Shown here one piece after another: positions 1 to 8,977 of a stretch of 41,767 nucleotides of DNA. Under the pieces are notes generated by a model that did not search any database, was not told the origin of the DNA, and saw nothing but the letters and a program-made list of their open reading frames with translations. The position numbers and the translations under genes are program-made. Each line of letters begins with the position of its first letter. The stretch's first letter is position 1. Source of the DNA: a virus. Lineage: Duplodnaviria; Caudoviricetes. The stretch is from positions 1 through 41,767 of the IMG/VR virus record IMGVR_UViG_3300027707_001276; one strand, written 5' to 3'.

Positions 1-350
1 ACATCACCCACTCGGGCAAATCCTTTTTCTGCAAAGGCTCTAACATCGGGCTGCCGCCAAAACCACTTCCAACTAGGCTCAGTGTATACAGGAAGTATAT
101 CACTTGAGAGTCGTACCATTCTAAGATCTTCATCTAGTGTTCCTACCCTGCTGACTAATTTGTAGCAGGCTTCTATGTTTCGTTCCATCAAGTCCCAAAG
201 CCGCTGTTCTGCTTCTTGGGGATGTTCACGCAACCACCTAACTGTGGTAGAGCCTGTATTTAAGTCACGGTCTTTGGCATTAATCTTCATGCCATTGACT
301 TCTTCAGGATCATTAATCCATTTGCAGGCAAAGCCCAGTCGTTTAATCAT
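1..350 (-). CDS. uvsE: UV-damage endonuclease (UvsE/UvdE family), 5' part; runs off the window
   Basis: Not in the ORF track. Manual translation from ATG at 350 gives MIKRLGFACKWINDP...RMVRLSSDILPVYT..., open to base 1. RLGFAC and RLSSD match UvsE motifs. Confidence 0.8.
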   Translation of the reverse strand, partial: MIKRLGFACKWINDPEEVNGMKINAKDRDLNTGSTTVRWLREHPQEAEQRLWDLMERNIEACYKLVSRVGTLDEDLRMVRLSSDILPVYTEPSWKWFWRQPDVRAFAEKGFARVGD

Positions 351-573
351 TGCATAATCCTGAAATAAGAAGTTCACGTTCTGTCATATAGGCCACAGGT
401 TTGATCCATCCATTCCCCCAACACTCATACAAAATCTTTTGATATTCAGCCGGACATTTTTCACTTATCTCGAATCCTGCTCTTGGAGCAGTGACGAACT
501 TATCAACAATACGAAAACAAGGATTATCTTGTCTGATTGTGCGAATTTGGCTGCGATATGTAGTAAATGTCAT
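343..573 (-). CDS. hypothetical phage protein, 76 aa
   Basis: Fits the operon packing; stop overlaps the uvsE start region. Confidence 0.65.
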   Translation of the reverse strand: MTFTTYRSQIRTIRQDNPCFRIVDKFVTAPRAGFEISEKCPAEYQKILYECWGNGWIKPVAYMTERELLISGLCND

Positions 574-591
574 ACTACAAGTATAACATCA

Positions 592-1398
592 TCACTGCCA
601 GTTGTCAACAACAAATTTGTCCTGAACGTCCTGCGGATTTGGTTCTCCGTGAAACACGGCTATGCTGCATTCTTGATGCGGCCTAACGTCATTTCGAACA
701 GTTTTGAATTTTCTTCCACCATATGCAACAGTGAGTTCTTCCCTGCTTCGGATTTCCCATTTGTAACTCATAATCCATTCTTTGGGCCAGAACTTGATTT
801 TATCTTTGCATAACTTCCATATCCAATCCTGATCTCCCTGAAGCCGTTGTGCATCTGCGGGCTTTTGTTTGAACTGTTCATAGATATGGCTCTGTGTTCC
901 GTGAGTCCAGGCCAATACAGAACTGTTGAGATAGTTCCACGACGGATGAAATTTCCTATTGAAATCATGGATACCTATAAAGCTGTTGGAATGATATCCG
1001 GTGAGCTTGTCCATGTTGGCATGTATGACCACATCAAGGTCGAGATACAGTATTCTTCCCTTCAAAGACAATGTAGAATCAAACATGTGAACCTTGTGCC
1101 ACCATCCCCTAGCATAGTTGGCATTTGGTTGATATATTTTGCGTACTCCGGAAATGTCGTGTTGATCGTCGGTGAGACAAGCAAATTCATAGGGCACTGT
1201 GAGATGCCTCGACACCATGTTGCGCAACCGTTCTACATATTCTCTGCCATACTTGTTACCGAATCTCACGCACAGCACAGTGATAGGATCGCTGTGATCT
1301 GAAGGCACTACTAGATCAGGATATTCTCCACGTGCCGCCATTTTAGCAGCTTTCTTTTCAGCCTTGGCGTGTCTGCGTTGTTCTTTTGACAATTCCAT
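592..1398 (-). CDS. glycosyltransferase, GT-A fold (GT8-like phage family)
   Basis: [28 protein letters not shown] (DxD), [18 protein letters not shown] motifs. Confidence 0.8.
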   Translation of the reverse strand: MELSKEQRRHAKAEKKAAKMAARGEYPDLVVPSDHSDPITVLCVRFGNKYGREYVERLRNMVSRHLTVPYEFACLTDDQHDISGVRKIYQPNANYARGWWHKVHMFDSTLSLKGRILYLDLDVVIHANMDKLTGYHSNSFIGIHDFNRKFHPSWNYLNSSVLAWTHGTQSHIYEQFKQKPADAQRLQGDQDWIWKLCKDKIKFWPKEWIMSYKWEIRSREELTVAYGGRKFKTVRNDVRPHQECSIAVFHGEPNPQDVQDKFVVDNWQ

Positions 1399-2203
1399 CT
1401 ATGGCTACCAGGTCTTTTAAAATATCGCTAAGGTCATCTAACTTGATCATGTTAGGTCCGTCGCTGGGTGCGTTATCTGGATCTTCGTGACATTCCATAA
1501 ACAGGGTCGACACACAGCCTGTGGCTATAGCAGCTCTCGCCAAGTACGGGACCATGGTCCTATCTCCCCCAGATCTTTCTCCCATTCCCCCAGGCTGTTG
1601 AACAGAATGTGTGGCATCAAAGACCACTGGATAGCCAGTGCTTGCCATAATAGGTAGACTGCGCATGTCCACCACAAGATTATTGTATCCATGAGTGTAT
1701 CCTCTTTCGCATAACATGATGCGTTCATTACCAGTTGAAGCAATCTTTGCCGCAACATTTTTCATATCGTGGGGTGCAAGGAACTGTCCTTTCTTGACAT
1801 TGATAGCACATCCGGTTTCTCCAGCAGCTAATAATAAATCAGTTTGTCTGCATAGGAATGCAGGAATCTGTAGTATATCAATGCCAGCTTCTGCACATTC
1901 TTTGGCCTGCCACGATTCATGAATATCTGTTAAAACAGGCACTCCAAAACTGTGCTTGATTGCATTGAGAATTTGTAAGCCTTCCTCGATGCCAACTCCT
2001 CGTTTAGTACTAATACTAGAACGATTGGCTTTATCAAAACTGCTTTTGTAGATCAAGGGAATGCCAAGTAATGCTGTGATAGCAATAAGTCTAGCACATG
2101 TGGCTTCTGCATGGTCTTGACTTTCTATTTGACATGGTCCAGCAATGAGAACAAAGGGTAATTTGTTACTGATAGTAAGTTGATTAATATTAAATGTACG
2201 CAT
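1358..2203 (-). CDS. kdsA: 3-deoxy-D-manno-octulosonate 8-phosphate (KDO8P) synthase
   Basis: [60 protein letters not shown] at 2203 preferred. Confidence 0.95.
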   Translation of the reverse strand: MRTFNINQLTISNKLPFVLIAGPCQIESQDHAEATCARLIAITALLGIPLIYKSSFDKANRSSISTKRGVGIEEGLQILNAIKHSFGVPVLTDIHESWQAKECAEAGIDILQIPAFLCRQTDLLLAAGETGCAINVKKGQFLAPHDMKNVAAKIASTGNERIMLCERGYTHGYNNLVVDMRSLPIMASTGYPVVFDATHSVQQPGGMGERSGGDRTMVPYLARAAIATGCVSTLFMECHEDPDNAPSDGPNMIKLDDLSDILKDLVAIDGIVKRTTQTRQG

Positions 2204-2211
2204 ATTATTAT

Positions 2212-2370
2212 TTACCAATGTCTGATGACACCAGCGATAATAAACAGGTTAGTAATGATATAGATCAGTATGATAACGGTACGAACAAGTGCTACTGAAT
2301 CAGCTTCCTGGTCAGTAGCACCTGACTTTTCACCTAGAGCCTTGGCCCATATATGCCAAAGTCTACGCAA
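2212..2370 (-). CDS. small membrane protein of a T4-like phage family, 52 aa
   Basis: Below the ORF-track cutoff. TTG start gives [52 protein letters not shown], which fills the queD-kdsA gap and has one hydrophobic helix. Confidence 0.75.
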   Translation of the reverse strand: MRRLWHIWAKALGEKSGATDQEADSVALVRTVIILIYIITNLFIIAGVIRHW

Positions 2371-2820
2371 TTACGCCTCGTAGATAGCCGAGTTAGCGCC
2401 ATGTTCTGCACATTCTACCCTAACACAATAGCAACGACTACCAGTTTTTTCTCTAATCAATTTATCAGCAAAATTGAAAGCATGTTCGGCAAACTTCTCT
2501 GCACCCACACCATCAAATATTCTGATCTCTGCTAGGTCCAATGCTTCTAGTTCTTGGAACTTGGTTAAATGTGGATCCGATTTATCTAACGCCAACTTAT
2601 GATCAAAGTGATCTTCTAGCCATGCCTTGAGCGGTTTCAGACCACCAAAGTCCACCGCCCAGTTTTTATCATCTAGTTGGTCACATCCAAATGTGAATGT
2701 AAATGCTAGACTATAACCATGTAGTAAATGACAGTGGCTGTGATCTGCATTAGGTTGACGGAATACTGCTGACAGACCAATGTTGTGTCCGTAATGTTTT
2801 GTTGAAAGAAATTTTGCCAT
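2371..2820 (-). CDS. queD: 6-carboxytetrahydropterin / 6-pyruvoyltetrahydropterin synthase (QueD-like)
   Basis: HCHLLHGY (CxxxHG), VDFGGLK, FDHK, GAEKFA, VECAEH motifs; AAGGAG RBS before ATG at 2820. Confidence 0.88.
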   Translation of the reverse strand: MAKFLSTKHYGHNIGLSAVFRQPNADHSHCHLLHGYSLAFTFTFGCDQLDDKNWAVDFGGLKPLKAWLEDHFDHKLALDKSDPHLTKFQELEALDLAEIRIFDGVGAEKFAEHAFNFADKLIREKTGSRCYCVRVECAEHGANSAIYEA

Positions 2821-2897
2821 CTCTAGTCTCCTTTTTGTAGGTAGCAAGTTTGATGACTGCAGAGTGTTTATAGAGGGATGATGCCATAGAGACCTCT
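2821..2897 (-). promoter_or_regulatory. preQ1 class I riboswitch-like element in the queD 5' leader
   Basis: Minus strand reads AGAGG-UCUCUAUGGCAUCAUC-CCUCU-AUAAAC: 5-bp P1, loop starting with U and ending CAUC, A-rich tail, directly upstream of queD. Loop and tail are longer than canonical. Confidence 0.55.
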
Positions 2898-2907
2898 TTG
2901 TGTGTGT

Positions 2908-2943
2908 ATGTAATATTATATTACATTTCTATTTATAATGCAA
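2908..2943 (-). promoter_or_regulatory. overlapping promoters for queD: sigma70-like and late-type, with a palindrome
   Basis: TTGCAT (2943-2938)-17 nt-TATAAT (2920-2915); TATAAATA at 2937-2930; perfect inverted repeat ATGTAATA-tta-TATTACAT at 2908-2926. Confidence 0.55.
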
Positions 2944-3526
2944 TGAATTCCACGTTATTTTTTCTCCATTCCTGCGGCATCTTCCACCCCTGTCTATTAT
3001 AGATAACAAATGTTGTATTGGGATAATGCATGAATACCGATGCGATCTGGTAGACCCAATAGCTAGGATCCACTGCCTGAGAATCTGTTCTAGCATAGTT
3101 CATTGTGCCTTTGTAGATGTTGTTCACACTATGATCAATTGGATATAGATCAAATCCGATTAACGTAACTTCTTGGTGTCCTAACACAGTTGCCAACAGC
3201 ACAGCGTATCCTCCGCTGCCCCAATGTTCGCCTTGATCTTTTTTTAATTCACCTCGAGTGGGTACTTCAGGTAGAAGGTTGATGTTTTTGTTTTTTCTTA
3301 TTTTTCTAAAATAGTGATACCAACGATCGCGCACATAGATTTCTGTGTCTTTGGTATTGATATTGTTTACAGCTTCTTCGACCATTCTACGATCACAGCA
3401 GATCAAATGATTGACATTGAGATCTCTGTGTATGGCATTGCATCCTATAAGAACATGATTGGTGTATGTGCTAATATCAACGTGGCGTCTACTTTCGCCG
3501 TTGCCAATTACCAATGCTCGAGGCAT
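2933..3526 (-). CDS. hypothetical protein, Maf/sialyltransferase-like nucleotide-binding fold
   Basis: VIGNGES, IGCNAI, WGSGGYA, LIGFD pattern resembles DUF115/Maf and CMP-sugar transferases. Confidence 0.5.
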   Translation of the reverse strand: MPRALVIGNGESRRHVDISTYTNHVLIGCNAIHRDLNVNHLICCDRRMVEEAVNNINTKDTEIYVRDRWYHYFRKIRKNKNINLLPEVPTRGELKKDQGEHWGSGGYAVLLATVLGHQEVTLIGFDLYPIDHSVNNIYKGTMNYARTDSQAVDPSYWVYQIASVFMHYPNTTFVIYNRQGWKMPQEWRKNNVEFIAL

Positions 3527-4368
3527 TATTCGATTCTACCGAATCCGTTCCATATTCCAGGGTTACCTGGCTGAACACAGACCCAACCGATTGATTTTCC
3601 TGCTTGGGGTGAACTGTTCCATACGATATCGCCTTCGTTAAACGAACCACTGCTAGGAGGTTCATTTCCGCTGAGATGCAGTTTGTCGTTGAATTTTAAT
3701 GCGCCATTCACATGCAAGGTACTACGAGGATCGGGGTTATTGACATTAATGCCTAACGAACCTATGATTGTGACCTTGGTATCTCCCACTGCCGGGTTAC
3801 CTATAATAACATTACCGCCGGCCTTGATTTGGATCCTGGCGGTATTATCAGTTCCTAGTTCTAGGTCAGTGTAATTATACGTGCCGATTCTTGCAGTGTT
3901 AGTGCCTTCTGCACCTATCACTATGTCAACATTTTGATCTATAATGTTAACAGCAGCTTTGGGTTGATCTGTTCCAAGTCCTAATCGATCAGATATGCTA
4001 TCATAAACTAGATATTGATTTACACTCAATCCGCCATCTACTATCAATCCCTTTAGATGACCAACTTCTCTTAAACTGCTTTTGGTTACGGTAGGACCTA
4101 GTTCTTTCTCATCAATCAATTTGATGTTGTTGATGCTTAGATATTTTCCTTTGGCAAGATCTATATTTTCAGATACAAAGAATCTATCCGGATTGGAATT
4201 AAAAATAAACTGTTTGTTGTGCCCTTTCCCACTCCACAGTATTCCCTTGCCATCGATATCACCTTTGATGATTATGTAAGGAAATTCAGCAGAGTCGATT
4301 TCTTGACCTTCTTGAAATACTTCTTGCAACAAGGTTGTTAATGCATTTAATTTTTCTTGGCTTGCCAT
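3526..4368 (-). CDS. putative virion structural / fibre-like protein, paralog of the upstream gene
   Basis: Gly-rich beta repeats (RLGLGTDQP, LGINVNNP, LHVNGA) and C-terminal GDIVWN...GWVC...GxW motif. Confidence 0.6.
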   Translation of the reverse strand: MASQEKLNALTTLLQEVFQEGQEIDSAEFPYIIIKGDIDGKGILWSGKGHNKQFIFNSNPDRFFVSENIDLAKGKYLSINNIKLIDEKELGPTVTKSSLREVGHLKGLIVDGGLSVNQYLVYDSISDRLGLGTDQPKAAVNIIDQNVDIVIGAEGTNTARIGTYNYTDLELGTDNTARIQIKAGGNVIIGNPAVGDTKVTIIGSLGINVNNPDPRSTLHVNGALKFNDKLHLSGNEPPSSGSFNEGDIVWNSSPQAGKSIGWVCVQPGNPGIWNGFGRIE

Positions 4369-4369
4369 G

Positions 4370-5464
4370 TTATGAATTTCCAATTTTACCAAAAGGCGAC
4401 CATAGACCAGGACTTCCGGTTTGAATACACACCCAACCTACATAAGAATTCATTCTTGGCTGTATGTTCCATATGATGTCACCTTCGTTATACGATCCAT
4501 TTGTGGGATAAGTGCTGTCGTATTTTTGCAGTCTATTATTAAATCTTATTGCACCGTTGACATGCAGATCAACTTCTGGATCTGGGGTTGACACTCTCAC
4601 AGATAATTTACCATGCACACTAACCTGAACTGGTGCAATTTTTGGATTACCTAACATTATGTTGCCGCTGGGTGAAATAATTATTCTTGCAGTGTTATCG
4701 GTGCCGATTTCAAGTTGATGACTGGCATAAGTTCCTACGAATGCTTTGACTGTGTCTTTAGATCCGAGAACTATTTCTACTCCTTCGTCTACAATACTCA
4801 CAGCAGCGTTAGGACTGTCTGTGCCTAGGCCTAGTCTACTAGTGTTGGCATCGAACACCATGAACTGACTTACTGATAAACTACCATCTACTATCAATCC
4901 CTTGAGATGACCGACTTCTCTGAGATTACTTTTAGTTATAGTAGGGCCTAATTCTTTTTCATCAATTACTTTGATGTTGTTGATAGTGATACTTTTGCCT
5001 TTAGCAAGGTCTATATTTTCAGATGAAAAGAATCTATCCGGCTCAGAGTTGAATATAAATTGTTTGGTGTATCCCTTCCCACTCCACAGCAATCCTTTGC
5101 CGTCGATGGTATCGCCTGAAAATACGATAGGCACATCTTTTTCAAACTTGATGTCAGCACGGATCTCATCAACTTCTAGGATCTTGGTTTTAAGGGTGCC
5201 GGTGACTGTGAGATTATCTATGTTTTCTACGAATAGATTTTTAACTGTGACACCATCATTGTTCACAGTTAACTGGGTTTTTACAGCGGTATCTGTGATA
5301 CCGGTACTGGCAAAGTTATGTATTTTGCCCCCGGAAATATGATCCCCCGACAGGGATCGTGCAGGCATTTTTCGTGCTATTTCTTTGCCGTTTGGTGCAA
5401 CAGTTTGTGCGATTGCGTTGATCTCATCGCCTAGTGCGGCTAATAAATTATTGACATTGCTCAT
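4370..5464 (-). CDS. putative virion structural / fibre-like protein
   Basis: Same architecture as 3526-4368; preceded by late-type ATAAATA at 5478-5472. Confidence 0.6.
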   Translation of the reverse strand: MSNVNNLLAALGDEINAIAQTVAPNGKEIARKMPARSLSGDHISGGKIHNFASTGITDTAVKTQLTVNNDGVTVKNLFVENIDNLTVTGTLKTKILEVDEIRADIKFEKDVPIVFSGDTIDGKGLLWSGKGYTKQFIFNSEPDRFFSSENIDLAKGKSITINNIKVIDEKELGPTITKSNLREVGHLKGLIVDGSLSVSQFMVFDANTSRLGLGTDSPNAAVSIVDEGVEIVLGSKDTVKAFVGTYASHQLEIGTDNTARIIISPSGNIMLGNPKIAPVQVSVHGKLSVRVSTPDPEVDLHVNGAIRFNNRLQKYDSTYPTNGSYNEGDIIWNIQPRMNSYVGWVCIQTGSPGLWSPFGKIGNS

Positions 5465-5487
5465 AGTAATGTATTTATCCGCCAACG

Positions 5488-5513
5488 AAAAAGCGGACCG
5501 AAGCCCGCTTTTT
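5488..5513 (-). terminator. intrinsic terminator, UUCG loop, potentially bidirectional
   Basis: Minus strand AAAAA-GCGGGC-TTCG-GTCCGC-TTTTT just after the stop at 5531. Confidence 0.85.
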
Positions 5514-5530
5514 ACTGAGAATTTACTTTG

Positions 5531-6706
5531 TTATTGTACTTTTAATAACACAGTATCCTCGTTGATTCTGCCGTTGAGTTTGATATCTACAGCTTTGATA
5601 TCGTCTAAGAACTTGCGTAACTGCACTTTGCCTGCTGCCTTGAACTCTTTGAGCTGTTCTTCCGGCTTGCGCAGGGTTTTCTGCACACTTTTTATTGGAT
5701 CAAAGCCAATGACCGTGGTGCCTTTGACTCCAAGATCGTTGAATTCAGCGGCCACATACTTGCCTAATTTACGTGACTTGACATTGTAGATCCACAGTTC
5801 CTTGGTACTGATGATATCTTGTGGGTTGATAGACACCAATTTAAGTTTTTCGTCCTGCTTGAGATACTTCATCTTGGCCACAACCTTGGCTTTATCGGTA
5901 GGCTTTTTAGCACGAGGCTTTTTATTAACCTTGGCTTCTTGTGCCAGCATGTCACACGCTGCCAGGATTTCGCTGTAGAACAGCGTGATCTTTTTCAGGT
6001 TGGCCTTGCTCAAATGACTGTAGCCCTCTTTCAACTGCTCGTCTTTGGTAGTAGCTGCTTCCACCAATTCGTCGTAGGTCCGACTGTATAATGTTTTAAT
6101 AATACGAGCGTGAGCAGCCTTGGCCTGACGTCCACGTAGTAGATTTAGAAGTTTAAATGCTTTTGGCTCAAACGATTCTGGATTTACTTGAAACGCCTCG
6201 ATGGCATCTTCAATTTCTTCAGTCATACCTAGTGCAACTTCACGTAGTCGTTCTTGAATGCTAGGAGTATATACTGCGGGTTTGGTTTCTACTGCACCTT
6301 CTTCAGATTCAACTTCGTCGTGTTTGCCCTCGTCGATGATCTTAGCAATGCTCTTGCTCAACCATTCTGCGGTGTTACGACCTTCATTAAAGTCCGCTCT
6401 CACTGCAGGCATACCTCTAAGTAGATTGGCAGCAATGGCGCCTACAGTAGCGCCGCAACGATTGTCTTTGGTATCTTTGAATGCTTTGATAACATCTTTT
6501 GGATAGTTCTGGATGCTCATCCAATTAATAACTTTGGGTTTGAGTTCTTTGCCGCTGGTTTCCAAACGATAATAACTCATAGACATCCGGAAGTGTCGAC
6601 TAAATTGATCAGCAGTGAAGGTTTCGTGATCGTCCCATTTCGGACTTAGATCACGTCCTTTGTTTTGACGGATAGCAATACTTGCTTTTTTCAGTTTGGT
6701 TACCAT
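5531..6706 (-). CDS. hypothetical phage protein, 391 aa, basic C-terminal domain
   Basis: Long ORF with AGGAG RBS, its own sigma70 promoter and terminator. Confidence 0.8.
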   Translation of the reverse strand: MVTKLKKASIAIRQNKGRDLSPKWDDHETFTADQFSRHFRMSMSYYRLETSGKELKPKVINWMSIQNYPKDVIKAFKDTKDNRCGATVGAIAANLLRGMPAVRADFNEGRNTAEWLSKSIAKIIDEGKHDEVESEEGAVETKPAVYTPSIQERLREVALGMTEEIEDAIEAFQVNPESFEPKAFKLLNLLRGRQAKAAHARIIKTLYSRTYDELVEAATTKDEQLKEGYSHLSKANLKKITLFYSEILAACDMLAQEAKVNKKPRAKKPTDKAKVVAKMKYLKQDEKLKLVSINPQDIISTKELWIYNVKSRKLGKYVAAEFNDLGVKGTTVIGFDPIKSVQKTLRKPEEQLKEFKAAGKVQLRKFLDDIKAVDIKLNGRINEDTVLLKVQ

Positions 6707-6737
6707 TTAGTCACTCCTGTTGTTAAACAATACATAT

Positions 6738-6766
6738 ATTATAGCACCAAACTGTGAGTTTGTCAA
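6738..6766 (-). promoter_or_regulatory. sigma70 consensus promoter
   Basis: TTGACA (6766-6761)-17 nt-TATAAT (6743-6738), with extended -10 TGn. Confidence 0.85.
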
Positions 6767-6957
6767 CCATGTCCAAATCGCTTGATTTCATGTAGGTCGC
6801 CATGTTCATCTTCTTGATACACAATAGCTTCCATAACACCCAATCCAAGATTGGCTTCTGCTATTTCTAATGCTTCTTTCCTACTGCTCGTGGTTTCTAC
6901 CAATTCTTCATGGCCCGATTCATCCACTGCCCAAACTTCATAAAGTTCAAAGTTCAT
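6763..6957 (-). CDS. hypothetical acidic protein, 64 aa
   Basis: AAGGAG RBS; operon packing. Confidence 0.65.
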   Translation of the reverse strand: MNFELYEVWAVDESGHEELVETTSSRKEALEIAEANLGLGVMEAIVYQEDEHGDLHEIKRFGHG

Positions 6958-6975
6958 GATACTAACACAATCTCC

Positions 6976-7527
6976 TTAGATAAATTTTTCCCAATCTCCA
7001 CCGGGCACTACGGCCCAGCCAAGCTGTTGGAGATCATTCCGGATCTCGTCGGTGATGCAACCTTCCGGTACATAGCCTTTAACATGATCAGGATCACCAT
7101 TGCCCAATCCTTCACCCATACCAGAACAGTACCAATCTATATAGTCGCCCTTTTCCAACATGTCGGCCACAATACCGCCGGCACTTCTCCAGGAGGCACT
7201 CCAAAAATCTCTGTCCGGATCTTGTCTAAGGATAGGTACAACTTCCAATTTGACAAAGTCATTGTTGCATATGGCTGCATAGATATTTTGAGCATAACCG
7301 TCACTGGCTTTGGCCTTGTCACAGATCCATACAGTACTGCGAAGATCATACTGCATGTTGTTCTTTTGCCATTCGGGATCTACGAGATTTGCCGCATCTT
7401 GCTCTTTGGCAGTTTTCCAGAAGTTTTCATATTGCTCTGGAACTTCTTCACCTTTTTCCTCGGCACGGCGTTTGACACCTTCTAATTGGAAGGTATGCCG
7501 TTCAGGGCTGCTTGAAATTTTTGACAT
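6976..7527 (-). CDS. hypothetical phage protein, 183 aa
   Basis: Operon packing; WSASWRSAGGIVA...YIDWYCSG block. Confidence 0.75.
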   Translation of the reverse strand: MSKISSSPERHTFQLEGVKRRAEEKGEEVPEQYENFWKTAKEQDAANLVDPEWQKNNMQYDLRSTVWICDKAKASDGYAQNIYAAICNNDFVKLEVVPILRQDPDRDFWSASWRSAGGIVADMLEKGDYIDWYCSGMGEGLGNGDPDHVKGYVPEGCITDEIRNDLQQLGWAVVPGGDWEKFI

Positions 7528-7855
7528 CTTGTATTGCTTTCTTTAGAGTTTCTGCGTAGTTCAATGCCTGCTGTTCAGTCATAATAATGTTGGCTTCATA
7601 CTCAATATAGCCTTTGGTAAGTAGAATCCAAATAGTCTGCCAACGATTTAGACTCCACCATTGAGACTTCTGTGTGGTGTAGGTAGTAACAGTAACACGA
7701 TGGTCATCAGCTTCGACCCAAACATTGTGATCGTGATTGGCGTCGTGACATTCGCAAGTGACCTGATAGGTGATTGCGTCGCCATAGTTATTGCGTTTAA
7801 GAACGCCTTCAGCAGGAGTCTGTGGTTCAAGTTCAGTCCAAGGTTTTGACATCAT
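7502..7855 (-). CDS. hypothetical phage protein
   Basis: Overlaps both neighbours in the operon; CxC..H motif. Confidence 0.7.
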   Translation of the reverse strand: MMSKPWTELEPQTPAEGVLKRNNYGDAITYQVTCECHDANHDHNVWVEADDHRVTVTTYTTQKSQWWSLNRWQTIWILLTKGYIEYEANIIMTEQQALNYAETLKKAIQDVKNFKQP

Positions 7856-8054
7856 TTCTTCTTTCATATATACTTTTTACCATGCGTTGATAATCTTCTT
7901 CTGGTAACACAGTTCTATACATGCTAAGAGCCTGCGTGATCATGACCCCAGCTATTTCTATATCTTTATATTCTTCCAACATCACAGCAGTGAACTGTAG
8001 ATACTTGGCATACAAATCTTCAATACAGTGTTCGTGTTGATCTGATATGCTCAT
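7833..8054 (-). CDS. hypothetical phage protein
   Basis: Operon packing; ATG at 8054 follows the upstream stop. Confidence 0.65.
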   Translation of the reverse strand: MSISDQHEHCIEDLYAKYLQFTAVMLEEYKDIEIAGVMITQALSMYRTVLPEEDYQRMVKSIYERRNDVKTLD

Positions 8055-8055
8055 A

Positions 8056-8901
8056 TCATGTCCAGAGACTGTCACGAGCTTTGATCAAACGGATCATCAT
8101 GGCTTCATCTTCTTTTTCATAATCAGCTTCAATTTTTTGAAGTAGTTTATGTGCTTTGTCTTGTGCTTTCTTAAGCACAGGATCTTTAGGAGATCTAAAA
8201 CTCAACTTACCACCATTGGCTTCTCGCTGTGCTTCGCAGGCCGCAGTCCATCCACTGGCATCGTATGGGTCTGGACGAGCACGATAAGTCACAGTCCACC
8301 ATATGTAAAGCTCTTTAAGTTCTTTAGCTCGTTCTGCTTGTCCAGTTGGCTTGCCAAAGTTAGGACTGTCTTTTTCAACACCCATATTGTCATCCATAAC
8401 CAAGGTCATTGCCCAATCAAGATGATCAATACCAGCTTGCGGACAACGCCAAGTTCTCCAACGCCACCAACCACTGGCCCAGAATGGAGGATTGTATTTG
8501 GCGCGGTCTTCTTTGCTGCCCCAGGCAATATGCATCCATGCTGATTCTACTTCAACAAAGTCTTGTAGTTCGTTAAACAAGCATGGTAGAAACCTGTTAC
8601 CAACATCCTGCCACTGCCCGGGTTTGATGTCGCGACTGTGAGCAGTAAGACTATGAGTACGAGTAACCCAACGGTTATTGATATAGTACTTAACACTGTG
8701 TAAACTCCTAACGGGCCAGGTGACAAAATCCTGAATATGTCCCAGTGCTTCTTCAGCCAACCAGTATCGAAAATTGTGTTTCATTTGAGCCGCAGTGGTC
8801 CAGTCGTCCCATTCTTCTGCGGTACCGGCACTGAGTTTCTTGGTGCCGCGGAGCCAATCTGCAAAGGGAGTGCATGACCAGTAATTTGAATGTTGTGCCA
8901 T
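8056..8901 (-). CDS. hypothetical Trp-rich phage protein, 281 aa
   Basis: Long ORF downstream of a sigma70 promoter. Confidence 0.8.
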   Translation of the reverse strand: MAQHSNYWSCTPFADWLRGTKKLSAGTAEEWDDWTTAAQMKHNFRYWLAEEALGHIQDFVTWPVRSLHSVKYYINNRWVTRTHSLTAHSRDIKPGQWQDVGNRFLPCLFNELQDFVEVESAWMHIAWGSKEDRAKYNPPFWASGWWRWRTWRCPQAGIDHLDWAMTLVMDDNMGVEKDSPNFGKPTGQAERAKELKELYIWWTVTYRARPDPYDASGWTAACEAQREANGGKLSFRSPKDPVLKKAQDKAHKLLQKIEADYEKEDEAMMIRLIKARDSLWT

Positions 8902-8931
8902 AATGATGTATTTTCTCTGTTGAACAACTTA

Positions 8932-8960
8932 ATTATACTATCTTTCTAGAAACCTGTCAA
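8932..8960 (-). promoter_or_regulatory. sigma70 consensus promoter
   Basis: TTGACA (8960-8955)-17 nt-TATAAT (8937-8932). Confidence 0.85.
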
Positions 8961-8977
8961 TATCTATTCAAAATGAA

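Noticed and set aside
2371-2820. Complete 7-deazaguanine DNA-modification pathway
   Set aside because: Only queD is in this window; folE, queC and dpdA are not seen, and none of the radical SAM proteins is clearly QueE.
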